Part shown: positions 39,704-50,323 of the stretch, in pieces
Position numbering within the stretch: position 1 is the stretch's first letter
Layout of the letters: the number at the start of each line of letters is the position of its first letter
DNA from: Lentimicrobiaceae bacterium
GTDB taxonomy: Bacteria; Bacteroidota; Bacteroidia; Bacteroidales; UBA4417
Length of the DNA stretch: 64,000 nt
Direction of reading: 5' to 3'
NCBI GenBank assembly: GCA_041753535.1
Contig: JBGSUB010000022.1
Span: 28,768 to 92,767, forward strand
Notes under the pieces: generated by a model
What the model was told of the DNA's origin: nothing
Databases searched by the model: none
Seen by the model: the letters and a program-made list of their open reading frames with translations, nothing else
Translations under genes and position numbers: made by a program

Positions 39704-42700
39704 TCAAACCACAACATTCACAATTTTCCTTGGTACAATAATCACTTTTTTAGGAGGCTGTCCGCCTAACCATTTCTGTGCTTCAGGAGCCGCTAATACG
39801 GCTTTTTCCACTTCCGCAACAGGCATATCTACCGGCAATTCAAGCGTAAAACGTGTTTTTCCATTAAAAGAAACCGGGTAGGCAAATGTATTGTCGATGG
39901 TGTAGGCGGCGTTGAATTCAGGGAACGTTGCATTGCACACATATCCCTCATTACCTAACAGTTGCCATAATTCTTCGGCTATATGCGGTGCATAAGGCGA
40001 AATCAGAACTACCAGTTCATTCAGAATTGCGCGCTTGTTGCATTTCAGTTCAGTCAGTTCGTTTACACAAATCATAAAACTGCTTACTGCAGTATTGAAC
40101 GAAATCCGTTCGGTATCATCCTGAATCTTTTTAATGGTTTTATGCAGAACTTTTAATTCAGCGGCATTGGGGGCATCGTCAGTTACACTGAAATTTATAT
40201 CGTGGTCGTGAAACAGGCGCCAGAACTTGCGTATAAACCTGAAAACGCCTTCGATGCCGCTTGTATCCCAGGGTTTAGCTTGCTCGAGCGGACCAAGAAA
40301 CATTTCGTACAAGCGCAGTGTATCGGCTCCGTAGCGTTCGATAAGATCGTCAGGATTTACAACGTTGTATTTTGATTTCGACATTTTCTCCACTTCGCTT
40401 CCGCAGATGTATTTACCATCCTCGAGGATGAAATGGGAATTTATCAGGTGGGGTTGCCAGTTTTTAAATGCCTCGATATCAAGAATATCATTATGAACCA
40501 GGCTTACATCTACATGCAATGCATCCGAATAGTTCTCTCGGCCCGGATAGTTTTTCGAAATAAAGATGGAGGTAGCCTCCAGTTGTTCTTTTTCCACGAA
40601 CGAAGGAACATCTTCTCCCCTGATTGCAGCGTTTATCCGTGAAAGAACGGTTTCAATTCCGTCGAGGAAATCCCTCATCGGGATAAGTAAAAGTTTATAG
40701 CCTCTTTCGGCGGCATAAGCGGCATAAGGATGTGCCAGCTTTTCGAGTGATTTCTGCCGCTTTACTTCGATGATCAGTTTCGCTTCGGGGCTGAAATAGT
40801 CAAATTTCCTTGTTCCGTCGCGAAAGTCACGCTCAAATCTTACGCCCAGCTTATTATCCTTAATCTGTTCCCAAAGGACGTATTCCATCATTTTTTCAGG
40901 ATTTACCCTGTACACAAAACTTGAGCGGCCCTGTATCATCCCCTGGTTTATCAGTCTTTTAAAAGGTTCTTCAACCACGGAATAGCCAAGGTCGAATAGG
41001 AATTTATTCCAGAAACGGGCATACAGCAAATGACCTGTTGCATGTTCGGCGCCGCCAATATACAAATCTACATTCTGCCAGTAACTGGCAGACTCCTTCG
41101 AAAAATATTCCTTATCATTGCGCGGGTCCATATAGCGCAGGTAATACCCGCTCGATCCGGCAAAACCAGGCATGGTATTGGTTTCCAGAGCATAACCTTC
41201 AGAAGTTACCCAGTTTTTGGCACGGGCCAAAGGAGGTTCGCCATTTTCGGTTGGCAGATATGCATCCACTTCCGGCAATTGAAGCGGCAACTGATCTTCG
41301 GGCAAGGTATAAGGCATTCCATCTTTGTAATACACCGGAAAGGGTTCGCCCCAGTATCGTTGCCGGCTGAAAATAGCATCGCGCAGGCGGAAATTGATTT
41401 TTCCTGTCCCAATTCCACGTTTTTCAGATTCACGGATCACACTGCTGATAGCTTCTTTTACCTGTAAACCGTTAATAAATCCTGAATTTATGAGGATGCC
41501 TTCCTTCGAATCGTACGATTCGTCCCAGGTTGCTGGATCTGTAGCTTCGTGTCCGGGTTTGTTTACCACCTGAACCACTGGCAGATTGAAATGGTGGGCA
41601 AAAGCAAAGTCGCGGCTATCGTGAGCCGGAACAGCCATTATAGCTCCGGTTCCATAGCCCATAAGCACATAATCAGCAATCCACACGGGTATTAGTTCGC
41701 GGGTAAAAGGGTTTACGGCATAAGCGCCGGTAAATTCGCCGCTAACTTTTTTTACTTCCGTCATGCGTTCGCGCTCGGAGCGGTTTTTAGCCCAGGTAAC
41801 ATAGGCATCTACTTTTTCGCGGTATTCGGAAGTGGTGATATGCGAAACCATTTCGTGTTCGGGAGCCAGAACCATAAATGTAGCCCCGAAAATGGTATCA
41901 GGTCTCGTAGTAAAAACTTCAATCTGCTCTAAATCCTTATGGTTTTTAATCACAAAACGCATGCTTCCGCCTTCGGAACGGCCAATCCAGTTGCGCTGAA
42001 TTTCCTTGATGGATTCCGTCCAGTCGATAGTATTAAGCCCTCCGAGCAAACGATCTGCATATGCGGTAATTCGTAACAACCACTGCTTCATCATTTTACG
42101 CTCAACCGGGTGGCCGCCACGTACACTGTACCCTTCGCTCACCTCGTCGTTGGCCAGAACGGTTCCCAGTGCCGGGCACCAGTTTACAGTTGTTTCGGCC
42201 AGGTATGCCAGGCGGTAATTCATCAGGATTTCCTGCTGCTGTTTTTCGCTCATCTGTTTCCAAACGTCGGCAGTAAAAGCAGGTGTTTCGTTGCAGGCGG
42301 CATTTATACCGGTATTTCCAGCGATTGCAAACTGAGCAGTTAATTCATCTATCGCTTCCGCTTTATTGGTTTTTTTATTGAACCACGAATTAAAAAGCTG
42401 AATGAAAGTCCACTGTGTCCATTTGTAATATGCTGGATCGCAGGTACGTACTTCGCGGTCCCAGTCGTAGGAAAAACCAATTTTATCAAGCTGCTCGCGG
42501 TAGCGGGCCAGGTTTATTTCGGTGGTAACAGCAGGATGTGTACCGGTTTGAATGGCGTATTGCTCAGCAGGCAGACCATATGCATCGTAACCCATGGGGT
42601 GAAGCACGTTAAAGCCTTTCAGCTTTTTGTAGCGCGAAAAAATATCGGAAGCAATGTAACCAAGCGGATGACCAACATGCAATCCGGCTCCGGAAGGATA

Positions 42701-42820
42701 TGGAAACATATCGAGCACATAATATTTAGATTTCCCGGCAATTATATCAGTTTTATAAACTTTATCCGCGGCCCATTTTTGCTGCCATTTTTTCTCTACT
42801 TCACCAAAATTATATTCCAT
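39704..42820 (-). CDS. leuS: Leucine--tRNA ligase carrying an extra in-frame PD-(D/E)xK (DUF559-like) module
   Basis: HIGH motif [13 protein letters not shown] motif EKMSKSKYN, and a CP1 editing domain. The ATG at 42820 ([13 protein letters not shown]) is preferred. The insertion is described in the findings. Confidence 0.95.
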   Translation of the reverse strand: MEYNFGEVEKKWQQKWAADKVYKTDIIAGKSKYYVLDMFPYPSGAGLHVGHPLGYIASDIFSRYKKLKGFNVLHPMGYDAYGLPAEQYAIQTGTHPAVTTEINLARYREQLDKIGFSYDWDREVRTCDPAYYKWTQWTFIQLFNSWFNKKTNKAEAIDELTAQFAIAGNTGINAACNETPAFTADVWKQMSEKQQQEILMNYRLAYLAETTVNWCPALGTVLANDEVSEGYSVRGGHPVERKMMKQWLLRITAYADRLLGGLNTIDWTESIKEIQRNWIGRSEGGSMRFVIKNHKDLEQIEVFTTRPDTIFGATFMVLAPEHEMVSHITTSEYREKVDAYVTWAKNRSERERMTEVKKVSGEFTGAYAVNPFTRELIPVWIADYVLMGYGTGAIMAVPAHDSRDFAFAHHFNLPVVQVVNKPGHEATDPATWDESYDSKEGILINSGFINGLQVKEAISSVIRESEKRGIGTGKINFRLRDAIFSRQRYWGEPFPVYYKDGMPYTLPEDQLPLQLPEVDAYLPTENGEPPLARAKNWVTSEGYALETNTMPGFAGSSGYYLRYMDPRNDKEYFSKESASYWQNVDLYIGGAEHATGHLLYARFWNKFLFDLGYSVVEEPFKRLINQGMIQGRSSFVYRVNPEKMMEYVLWEQIKDNKLGVRFERDFRDGTRKFDYFSPEAKLIIEVKRQKSLEKLAHPYAAYAAERGYKLLLIPMRDFLDGIETVLSRINAAIRGEDVPSFVEKEQLEATSIFISKNYPGRENYSDALHVDVSLVHNDILDIEAFKNWQPHLINSHFILEDGKYICGSEVEKMSKSKYNVVNPDDLIERYGADTLRLYEMFLGPLEQAKPWDTSGIEGVFRFIRKFWRLFHDHDINFSVTDDAPNAAELKVLHKTIKKIQDDTERISFNTAVSSFMICVNELTELKCNKRAILNELVVLISPYAPHIAEELWQLLGNEGYVCNATFPEFNAAYTIDNTFAYPVSFNGKTRFTLELPVDMPVAEVEKAVLAAPEAQKWLGGQPPKKVIIVPRKIVNVVV

Positions 42821-43090
42821 TGTAAGAGGTAAGTTGTTTCGTGTTAAATAATTAGCACCATCCACCGGATGGCTTACAAGGGGGCAAAGGTAGTATTTTT
42901 GGGGAATTTTGGAAGGGGAGCAGGAAAGGGGGCAAGATTATATTTTGATGTGCGGAACTGTAAAGCCATAGCACAATGTATTAGTTGTAATGCTATACTT
43001 GATAACTTTTTGCATTTTTCAATATTCGTGTCGCATTATTCGACTCTTCCAAAACGGAAAATTCCGAAAACCATTTCGCAATAATAGCTT

Positions 43091-43573
43091 CTAATGTTTC
43101 CGGATAAAGGGGATAGGAATTATTTCGTTAACACTTTTTCGATAAATTTCGTACAGTTCTCCATATTCGCGTTCCAGAACTTTGTTCTCCCCATGTATGG
43201 ATATTTTAAAGTTCAGATAAAGCACAATAGCTATCGAAAGGATCATTCCTGATTGAAAAATCAAAGCCAAACCGGGAATAAAAAACACAATAAACGAGGC
43301 ATAAATCGGGTTGCGGCACAAGCTAAAAGTGCCACGCGTAACCAGCAAACCTTTTTTGAAGTCTGTAAGAAAAACATTTATTGTTGCTACATAAAACAGA
43401 AATCCTATACCAATCCATATGTAACCGGCAAACGGCATCCATCCGGAATCAGCGAAATTAAGTTTTAAAAATTGCGGGTCACTTTGTATAACAATAATTG
43501 CCAATAAAATATATGGCAAGCTTATTAACGCCAGTTTTGGCCCTATACCGCCGAAAGTCATTTTAGTGTTCAT
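43091..43573 (-). CDS. ICMT/PEMT-family membrane methyltransferase-like protein
   Basis: 160 aa, multi-TM, with the TRGTFSLCRNPIYAS motif (compare RHPMYTS in the 17705 paralog). Confidence 0.6.
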   Translation of the reverse strand: MNTKMTFGGIGPKLALISLPYILLAIIVIQSDPQFLKLNFADSGWMPFAGYIWIGIGFLFYVATINVFLTDFKKGLLVTRGTFSLCRNPIYASFIVFFIPGLALIFQSGMILSIAIVLYLNFKISIHGENKVLEREYGELYEIYRKSVNEIIPIPFIRKH

Positions 43574-43598
43574 GTCGCTTTTGTTTAATCACAATTTT

Positions 43599-44792
43599 TC
43601 AATCAGCAAAAACCATAGCAGGCTTTTCTAAGGTTACTTTGGGTTTCTGAACAATCTTTTTTAATTGACTAACATTCAACGAAGTAGAAATACCATCCTT
43701 ATCCCAATGTTTTTTGCAGCCGCAATAATCGAGGAAAACACATTGAGAAGAAATATTCAACCTCTTCATTTCGTAGCCGCCTGTAATCAGGTTCAGCACA
43801 CAGGCCACTCCAATCAGGCTGGTATCGGGGCAATCCTTCCATTTCACCAGGAATTTTGAAAACTCTGAAGAATGAGGAATCAGGTAGGAAGTTATGCCTT
43901 GTTTCTTCATTTCCGACGAAACCTTTCCGATATTACATTCAGCGGAACAAGCTGCACAAACTAATTCTTTGCCGTCGGATTTAGCTTTGCATCCTGTTGC
44001 CGGTTCATTGCGCATGCAGGTCGGAAGCAGGAGCACTTTTTTCTTAGTTACCGCAAAACCTTTCTTCAATCCACGGTTCAAAACATCGGCAGCAAACATG
44101 TTCAGGTAATATTCATTTTCGCGACGGCCGGCAAAGAAATAGTCTTCGCGGTATTTATAACCTGGCAAAGAATTGTGATGAAAATCGCTAAGGTTCTGCA
44201 TATATTTACCTAGTATTTTACTTCCTTTTTCAGAAAACCGTTCAGCAAAAAGCACCGACGTTTCCATAAGTTTTGCTATATAACTTTCATCTTTTGATTT
44301 GTAAAATGCATTCCAATTCCGGAGCCGGAGTATTTCTTCATTAAATTCACCGGTGGCGCTCATCCAGTTCAGCAGGCTGATAAATCCACTAAGGTTGAAT
44401 GTTACTGAACGCGTGTTCCTGTGTTTTTCGAGAAATATATATGCCAGGTAGCCTCTTACTTTATCAATTTCAGTCTTATATTCCGGGAATCTTTTACGTT
44501 GTTTGTACAAAGTATTCAGTAGCCTTTTTGACAAATTACCGGTTTTTAAAGCATTACCAGAATAGGTATTCCAATATACTCCAATCATCAGAAATTCAAC
44601 CACATATTCATTCCTTGAGCGCAAAGGTTCAATTTTTTCTTCGTCTAAAAAACTGCAAAAATCCTTTACAAAGCCTTCCGTTTCAGGATCCAAATCATCG
44701 AGTACTGAATCAGTAAATATTGCTAAATCAATATAAAAACTGCCTGAATCTTTCTGGTAGTTCACCAATGAATATGTAACCCTCTTTGTCAT
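43599..44792 (-). CDS. DUF116-domain protein (Cys-rich C-terminal domain) with a long N-terminal extension
   Basis: The C-terminal ~150 aa read LLLPTCMR...GCKA...CAACSAECNIGK...GITSYLIP...LIGVACVLNL...QCVFLDYCGCKKHW. This matches my recollection of the DUF116 Cys pattern. Confidence 0.5.
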   Translation of the reverse strand: MTKRVTYSLVNYQKDSGSFYIDLAIFTDSVLDDLDPETEGFVKDFCSFLDEEKIEPLRSRNEYVVEFLMIGVYWNTYSGNALKTGNLSKRLLNTLYKQRKRFPEYKTEIDKVRGYLAYIFLEKHRNTRSVTFNLSGFISLLNWMSATGEFNEEILRLRNWNAFYKSKDESYIAKLMETSVLFAERFSEKGSKILGKYMQNLSDFHHNSLPGYKYREDYFFAGRRENEYYLNMFAADVLNRGLKKGFAVTKKKVLLLPTCMRNEPATGCKAKSDGKELVCAACSAECNIGKVSSEMKKQGITSYLIPHSSEFSKFLVKWKDCPDTSLIGVACVLNLITGGYEMKRLNISSQCVFLDYCGCKKHWDKDGISTSLNVSQLKKIVQKPKVTLEKPAMVFAD

Positions 44793-45103
44793 GTCGATTT
44801 TTTTTTTGGCAAAACTATCTAAGCGGAATCAGATAAGCGAAAGGAATCCTGTGAATGCAGGAAAACTATCCGTGAGTCCCGAATTTTGGGCTGTAAACAA
44901 TTGAGAAAAGTCTAATCTTGAAGTTATTTTATGTAGGTTGTGTTCATATTGAATATTTAATCAAGAGTCCACTCCGAAAAGTATTATCAACCCTAAATTT
45001 CTTAAAAATTAATTTACTAAAATGCTGATTTTTAACACTTCCCTCTTTTGCAAGATATTATGCTTTTAGTGCAAGCTTTATTTTTTCTTGTCTCATCTTT
45101 TTC

Positions 45104-45940
45104 TCAAATGAAAATCAGTTTTTCGATTTCAAACTTTTTCATCTGCATAAAGGCATTGATAACCCTTTCCGATTTTGATGGATCACTCATGAGTGATGCC
45201 AGGATAGATGGAACGATTTGCCAGGAAACGCCGAATTTGTCTTTCAGCCAGCCACATTGGCTTTCTTCACCGCCGAGAGTAAGTTTGTCCCAATAATAAT
45301 CAATTTCTTCCTGTGTTTGGCAGCTCACAACAAATGAAACGGCTTCATTAAAAACATAATCGTGATCACCCGGACCATCCATTGCAATAATACTATAGTG
45401 GTTTAAATTAATTTCCGAATACATTACTTTTCCGCTGTCATGATCACCTTCCGGATACTTAACCATCCTTTCTGTTGAGGAATGATCAAACACAGAGCTA
45501 TAAAATCCGATAGCTTCTTCGGCTCTGCCAAACTGATTGCCGGTAAACAGCATGGAAGGCGTTATTTTAAGTTTGGCGTTTTCATTTTCAGCAACGGAAA
45601 TCTGCCAGGTAAATCCAAATTTATCCTGAAGCCAACCATATCTTTCACTCCACGGATATCTGTCGATAGGCATCATTTCTGTTCCGCCTTCAATCAGTTT
45701 AGCCCATACTGCGTTGGTTTCATCAAGCGATTCACAATAGACAAACAATGAAATGGATGGATTGAACTTAAACATCGGGCCGCCGTTTAATCCCATTATC
45801 CGGGTTCCGTTCAGTTTAAAATTAACCACCAATGGTGTGTCATCAACTATTTTAGAATTTCGAAAAACGGTACAGTAAAATTCTGCTGCTTCCTTGGCTT
45901 TTTCATTAAACCAAAGGCAGGGATATATAGTGTTATTCAT
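45104..45940 (-). CDS. VOC-superfamily protein, two PhnB/3-demethylubiquinone-methyltransferase-like domains
   Basis: 278 aa with the N-terminus YPCLWFNEKAKEAAEFY and duplicated ...DKFG(F/V)SWQI motifs. Confidence 0.75.
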   Translation of the reverse strand: MNNTIYPCLWFNEKAKEAAEFYCTVFRNSKIVDDTPLVVNFKLNGTRIMGLNGGPMFKFNPSISLFVYCESLDETNAVWAKLIEGGTEMMPIDRYPWSERYGWLQDKFGFTWQISVAENENAKLKITPSMLFTGNQFGRAEEAIGFYSSVFDHSSTERMVKYPEGDHDSGKVMYSEINLNHYSIIAMDGPGDHDYVFNEAVSFVVSCQTQEEIDYYWDKLTLGGEESQCGWLKDKFGVSWQIVPSILASLMSDPSKSERVINAFMQMKKFEIEKLIFI

Positions 45941-46059
45941 GGTTTATGATATTACGAAATTCTAAATTGAATTAATAACTTTAAACACAGAACAAAAAAT
46001 TTAAAAGTAGTTGTGGCTCCTCACATTTTCTTTCTTCATTTTATGCCATGTGTTATTCA

Positions 46060-46497
46060 TTATTTCTTCTCAGCGCAGTTAAACATCCATTGCACGCCAA
46101 ATTTGTCTTTGCAACTTCCGTAATAATCGCCCCAAAACATATCCTGCAATTCCTGTTCAACTATTCCACCAGTTGAAAGGGCTTTGAAAAGACGTTCGGT
46201 TTCAGCTCTGGTATCAATCCCCAGGTTGAGGTAAACATTATTTCCGAAAACTACTTTAAACCCCATAGACTCCGGGGCATCGGTTCCCATCAGTACGTGC
46301 CCGCCTGTGATTGGCAAGGCGATGTGCATTACCAGGTTTCTTTCCGCTTCCGATAAGGGAGGCATTTCGCCCGAAGGAGGAATATCGCTGAAACGCATTA
46401 TGCCCCCGGTAAATTCGCCGCCGAAAACCGATTTGTAAAAATTAAATGCCTCTTCAGTTTTATCCGGGAAATTGAGATATGTGCTTACGTTAGCCAT
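46060..46497 (-). CDS. VOC family protein (PhnB-like glyoxalase fold)
   Basis: From the ATG at 46497: MANVSTYLNFPDKTEEAFNFYKSVFGG...DKFGVQWMF. The short start avoids overlap with the upstream gene. Confidence 0.75.
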   Translation of the reverse strand: MANVSTYLNFPDKTEEAFNFYKSVFGGEFTGGIMRFSDIPPSGEMPPLSEAERNLVMHIALPITGGHVLMGTDAPESMGFKVVFGNNVYLNLGIDTRAETERLFKALSTGGIVEQELQDMFWGDYYGSCKDKFGVQWMFNCAEKK

Positions 46498-46537
46498 GTT
46501 GCTCTTTTTAATGGTTTTTAAATGCCTTTGATAATTC

Positions 46538-47083
46538 CTAATTGGGTTGTTGTTGCTCAAGAATCCGCTTGATATTTTGCAGGTTTTTTGTCTGTGCTTC
46601 CTTCATCATTTTACGGCCAAAGATATACGAAGGCAGGTTCATTGGATAGGGATCGTTGCTGTAAAATTCACTGGTCAGCATAGTCTGGTTTTCAGTTATG
46701 GATTTGAACAGGTTAGCAGCTTTTGCCTTTGCTTTGAAAGGGCGTTTAAAACGCAGATCAATATCCATTCTGTCGGGTGTCAGTGCAGTTATCTCCTGCT
46801 CGCCTTCGCCTACATCATCCACAGTGCTGTTCCATTTTTGAATAGCTCCCACCGAGCCATCTATCCCGGTTATTTCAGGTTTCAGATCAGGATCTGCCAT
46901 TACCCATATGCTGTAATCTTTCTGGTTTTCAAGGATGCGAACATAATCGAAAACCACCTGCCGGGGTTGGTTAATTGTTTCGGAAACACTTACAGTATAT
47001 GATTTCGGAATGAACAGTGCTATTATGAAGGGCAACGCAATCAGTATCAATACTGCTATCCCAATTCTTTTCAGGATTTTCAT
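46538..47083 (-). CDS. SRPBCC family protein (polyketide cyclase/dehydrase-like) with N-terminal TM anchor
   Basis: 181 aa with a TM segment, then a START/Bet v1-like pattern (ETINQPRQVVFDYV...). Confidence 0.6.
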   Translation of the reverse strand: MKILKRIGIAVLILIALPFIIALFIPKSYTVSVSETINQPRQVVFDYVRILENQKDYSIWVMADPDLKPEITGIDGSVGAIQKWNSTVDDVGEGEQEITALTPDRMDIDLRFKRPFKAKAKAANLFKSITENQTMLTSEFYSNDPYPMNLPSYIFGRKMMKEAQTKNLQNIKRILEQQQPN

Positions 47084-47101
47084 TTTATCGGTTTTTGAAT
47101 G

Positions 47102-47986
47102 TTAATATCGTTCGCAGATTTCTTTCAGTTTATCCAGAGCCTTGGGCCATGTATCGGTAAAGTACTCCATGAATGCCTGGTTAGCATCCAGGTTAACTGC
47201 AAGCAAAGTTCTGCCGTTGTTTTCAGAAAAAGTATAATTTTCCATAGCACCTGCCCAGCCTTCCACTTCGGGGCCGGAAGTTATTTCTTTATCTCCCTGG
47301 ACTATGCCGAGGTGCTCGATGCTAACAAATTTGTTGGGTATGTTTTCTTTTATTCTGCTTACCATACCACCCACATTACCATCGCTGTCAGTTCCAAGGA
47401 AAAGGATTTTTGATCCCTTATCCCATCTACCTTTGTAGGTTGATGTTGGGTTAAAAAGGGCTGTCCATTCGTTCCAGTTTTTTGCGTCGAGCATGTTGGT
47501 ATAAACTTTTTCGGCTTTTGCATTTATTGTGATTTCGAAATGGAGAGTTTCCATTTTTCCGGGTGCTTCGGTATATTTCTTAAAGTTGTTCAGTATTGCT
47601 TGCCAGCCCGATTGCTGCATTTCGACAGTATTCTCCTGTTCGGCTTCAAACACTTCGGTAATTGTTGTGTTGTTTCCGTCCGAATCAAATGATATTTTTA
47701 CATTTCTTCCATCACCGAGTTCGTATTCAATAAATCTATGCGGCTTTATATCAAGATATTCCCCGATAAAATCGAAACCCACACTGCCATCCCTGGCTTC
47801 CATCCGCGAAAGGAATTTTCCGCCAACGCGTAAATCGTTCTCGGCCCTGGGCGTATGCCAATCGTCGGATGCATTATTCCAGTGGATAATATGTTTTGGG
47901 CTGGTCCAACAGTCCCAGACTTTCTGAATCGGAGCATTTATATCAGCCTGAACTGTGATTACTTCGCTTTCTGTTTTCATTGTCAT
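47102..47986 (-). CDS. SRPBCC protein with two AHSA1-like (activator of Hsp90 ATPase homolog) domains
   Basis: 294 aa. The repeated pattern is INAPIQKVWDCWTSPKHIIHWN... and then INAKAEKVYTNMLDAKNWNEW... Confidence 0.7.
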   Translation of the reverse strand: MTMKTESEVITVQADINAPIQKVWDCWTSPKHIIHWNNASDDWHTPRAENDLRVGGKFLSRMEARDGSVGFDFIGEYLDIKPHRFIEYELGDGRNVKISFDSDGNNTTITEVFEAEQENTVEMQQSGWQAILNNFKKYTEAPGKMETLHFEITINAKAEKVYTNMLDAKNWNEWTALFNPTSTYKGRWDKGSKILFLGTDSDGNVGGMVSRIKENIPNKFVSIEHLGIVQGDKEITSGPEVEGWAGAMENYTFSENNGRTLLAVNLDANQAFMEYFTDTWPKALDKLKEICERY

Positions 47987-48243
47987 GGCTTTCTATTATT
48001 TTCAGACATAAAATCTTAGAATTAAATGCAATAACAAATTATTTCCTTTGATTGTTCAGCAATACGGTATATAGAAAATTTGTTTTAATCAAGTCCAAAA
48101 ACAGCATTGAATGGTCTTGTTACTTTCACACGTTTTGTGTGTGAATAATGTAACATATAACTTAAATTGTGTAATGCAATGCTGAATGAGTAAAAGTAAT
48201 TTTGCTTCAGATAAATGATTACCATACCTAAAACTTAATCAAA

Positions 48244-48669
48244 ATGAAAAAACTGATTTTTCTGATCGCAATTACCGGAATGCTGATCAATTCCTATGCA
48301 CAGGTAATAATGTCGAATGAAGTTCCTGCCGCTGTTACCAAGGTTTTTACTATAGCGAATCCAAAAGTAAGCACAGTTGAATGGGTTAAAGTAGAGAATA
48401 ATTTTAAAGCTAACTACATGGTTGACGAAAAGGATAAGTCAGCTACCTATACGGCTAAGGGAAAAATAATTGAAACGGAAATGCAGATAACAGTTGCATC
48501 GCTGCCTACAGAAGCATTGAAATACGTAAATGAAAATTATAAGGACAACCATGTAAAAACGGCTTCTAAAATCATTTCCCAGGGTAAAACCACATATAGT
48601 GCTAAATTAAATGGCTTATCGCTGACTTTTGCTTCTAACGGCAAATTTGTAAAGTCGGTAACTGAATAA
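48244..48669 (+). CDS. PepSY-like (putative beta-lactamase-inhibitor-like) periplasmic protein
   Basis: 141 aa with a signal peptide. The duplicated motif VPAAVTKVFTIANPKVSTVEWVK / LPTEALKYVNENYKDNHV is typical of the PepSY-like family. Confidence 0.65.
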   Translation: MKKLIFLIAITGMLINSYAQVIMSNEVPAAVTKVFTIANPKVSTVEWVKVENNFKANYMVDEKDKSATYTAKGKIIETEMQITVASLPTEALKYVNENYKDNHVKTASKIISQGKTTYSAKLNGLSLTFASNGKFVKSVTE

Positions 48670-48710
48670 GTCTGACTTAGAGGAAAATTTCTTTCCTTCT
48701 TTTTCATCTG

Positions 48711-48753
48711 ATTCCCTGTTTTATCAATGATGAAGCAGGGAATTTTAATTTTT
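48711..48753 (+). terminator. Terminator candidate after the PepSY-like gene
   Basis: attccctg (48711..48718) pairs with cagggaat (48736..48743) and is followed by tttaattttt. The loop is long (17 nt). Confidence 0.35.
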
Positions 48754-48921
48754 CTGAAAACAATTACATGTGTTTTCGAAAAGAAGGCAAGGGTTTATTT
48801 GGTGTTTTTTCATCTTCTGTGGCACAAAAACAAAAAGAGGTGTATTCGGCTCATCCATAATGAAGCAATAACATTGACAAATGAGTTGGCACAATTTGAG
48901 TCTATACGATTCCGATTATTT

Positions 48922-50280
48922 TTAAAGCAGACTAATAATGGTTTTAATTAGTTCGTCGGTACTTTTATAGTCGTTTCTGCGAAAATACTGGATATCCCTG
49001 AGATAGGGCGGAAGTGAAATTTTATCATCAAATAGTTTTATCGGGAATAGTTTTAAATTTCCTGAATCAAAATTTGCAACCATTTCCCTTGCTTCATGCT
49101 GGCAGTTTCCGCTGTTTAAATATCCTTCCGATAAAAGATTTATTCCGATAGCACTTGCTGAAAGCTGGTTAAAAATCTCAGTAAGCCATGGTTGGCCTGG
49201 TCGGATAGATTCCCCGTCCCTGTAATCGAATACTTTTTGAAAATGCCTTTTCAGTGAGTTGGAAATAGCAACGGCAGTATCAATATCCAGTCCGGAATAA
49301 CTTAAAAACACTGTTTCTTTTCTTAGTGCCGCACTCATGAAATATTTCTGAGCATCATCAAACGTATTCACCCTGGTTACCCCCGAATTGATAATACCCA
49401 GTTTCTGCTCCAATTCCCTGGCCAATACTTCTGCATCATTCCATACGATTGTGTCTTTGCTGTAACCAACTTCAACTCCCTGGTATAAAAATTTCATTAA
49501 ATCCGAATCTTCCGGAGTATCACTAAATTTTAAGCGGATCATTGGGATGAATTTACCATGCAGGTAAGCAGGAATCCCGCTCGAAGCCACCTGCCCGCTT
49601 AATTCAACAATGGCAAAATCAAGCTTGTCGAGCAACCTGAATAATTTGCTGTCCAGAGAAAAAGGCCAGCTGATTATTTCGATGTCAGAATAATTATTGC
49701 CCGACAGAACATTCTTAATCTGGTCAAGGCTTTCCCTGCTGAGGTTCTTTTCGTTTTCCGGAATAATCAGACCAACAGTTGATTTTTCGTTTATTAATTG
49801 TATATCGTTATAGTTTTTTGAACTTTCTACCACTTCACAAAATTCCGTAAAAAGCTTTTTGTGCTTATTGTAGCTCGGAAATCCTCCGGTGCCGGTTATT
49901 TCCCTGTAATCGTAGGAATAAAAAAACACTCCTGCCGGAGGTTTTAACAAGTCTCCATACCTGCGGTCGTAGAAGAATATACATGGTTTTTGCGAGCGGA
50001 TTGCAATATCAACTTCAAGCCTGAAATACCTCGATTGTTTTTGCAATTCTTCAGGATTGCGGGCTTCATCATCCGTTCCCGGAAACGGATAAATACCGAT
50101 AAAAGCATCCGAATCCCGCACCATACGTTCGAGCCGCGTAACATTGGTACTGAAAGTGCCCTGATCAACTTCGAACTGCACTTCGGCTACTTCGTTGAAT
50201 AATTTGAAGAAATAGAGGTTAATTTCAGGTGATTTGTACCTGTGGCTCAGAAATGCTTTAAAGGTTTCCCTGTTTTCCAT
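48922..50280 (-). CDS. Multi-module TIR protein: N-terminal TIR-like, central deoxyribosyltransferase/TIR-like, C-terminal canonical TIR (operon gene 5)
   Basis: The C-terminal aa 322..440 read TVFLSYSG.D...A..I...L.....VFDYRDG..I.PG..W...I...L....IGINLLSEGYLNS.NCQHEAREM (TIR_2 pattern with a candidate catalytic Glu). The N-terminus has FKAFLSHRY...DSDAFIGIY. The centre has DFAIVELSGQVASSGIPAYLHGKFIPMIRL. Confidence 0.75.
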   Translation of the reverse strand: MENRETFKAFLSHRYKSPEINLYFFKLFNEVAEVQFEVDQGTFSTNVTRLERMVRDSDAFIGIYPFPGTDDEARNPEELQKQSRYFRLEVDIAIRSQKPCIFFYDRRYGDLLKPPAGVFFYSYDYREITGTGGFPSYNKHKKLFTEFCEVVESSKNYNDIQLINEKSTVGLIIPENEKNLSRESLDQIKNVLSGNNYSDIEIISWPFSLDSKLFRLLDKLDFAIVELSGQVASSGIPAYLHGKFIPMIRLKFSDTPEDSDLMKFLYQGVEVGYSKDTIVWNDAEVLARELEQKLGIINSGVTRVNTFDDAQKYFMSAALRKETVFLSYSGLDIDTAVAISNSLKRHFQKVFDYRDGESIRPGQPWLTEIFNQLSASAIGINLLSEGYLNSGNCQHEAREMVANFDSGNLKLFPIKLFDDKISLPPYLRDIQYFRRNDYKSTDELIKTIISLL

Positions 50281-50323
50281 CGAAAAAATCTACATAGATA
50301 AATTAGTTGTGTTGCTTGGTGGA

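Noticed and set aside
39645-39881. 78-aa ORF ([21 protein letters not shown]...)
   Set aside because: It is the translation of the gccgaattg word repeat, continuing antisense into the 3' end of leuS.
40610-40905. Intein in LeuRS
   Set aside because: The insert is only ~98 aa. It lacks the N-terminal Cys/Ser block, the C-terminal His-Asn plus nucleophile junction, and LAGLIDADG/HNH motifs. It looks like a retained domain insertion rather than a protein-splicing element.
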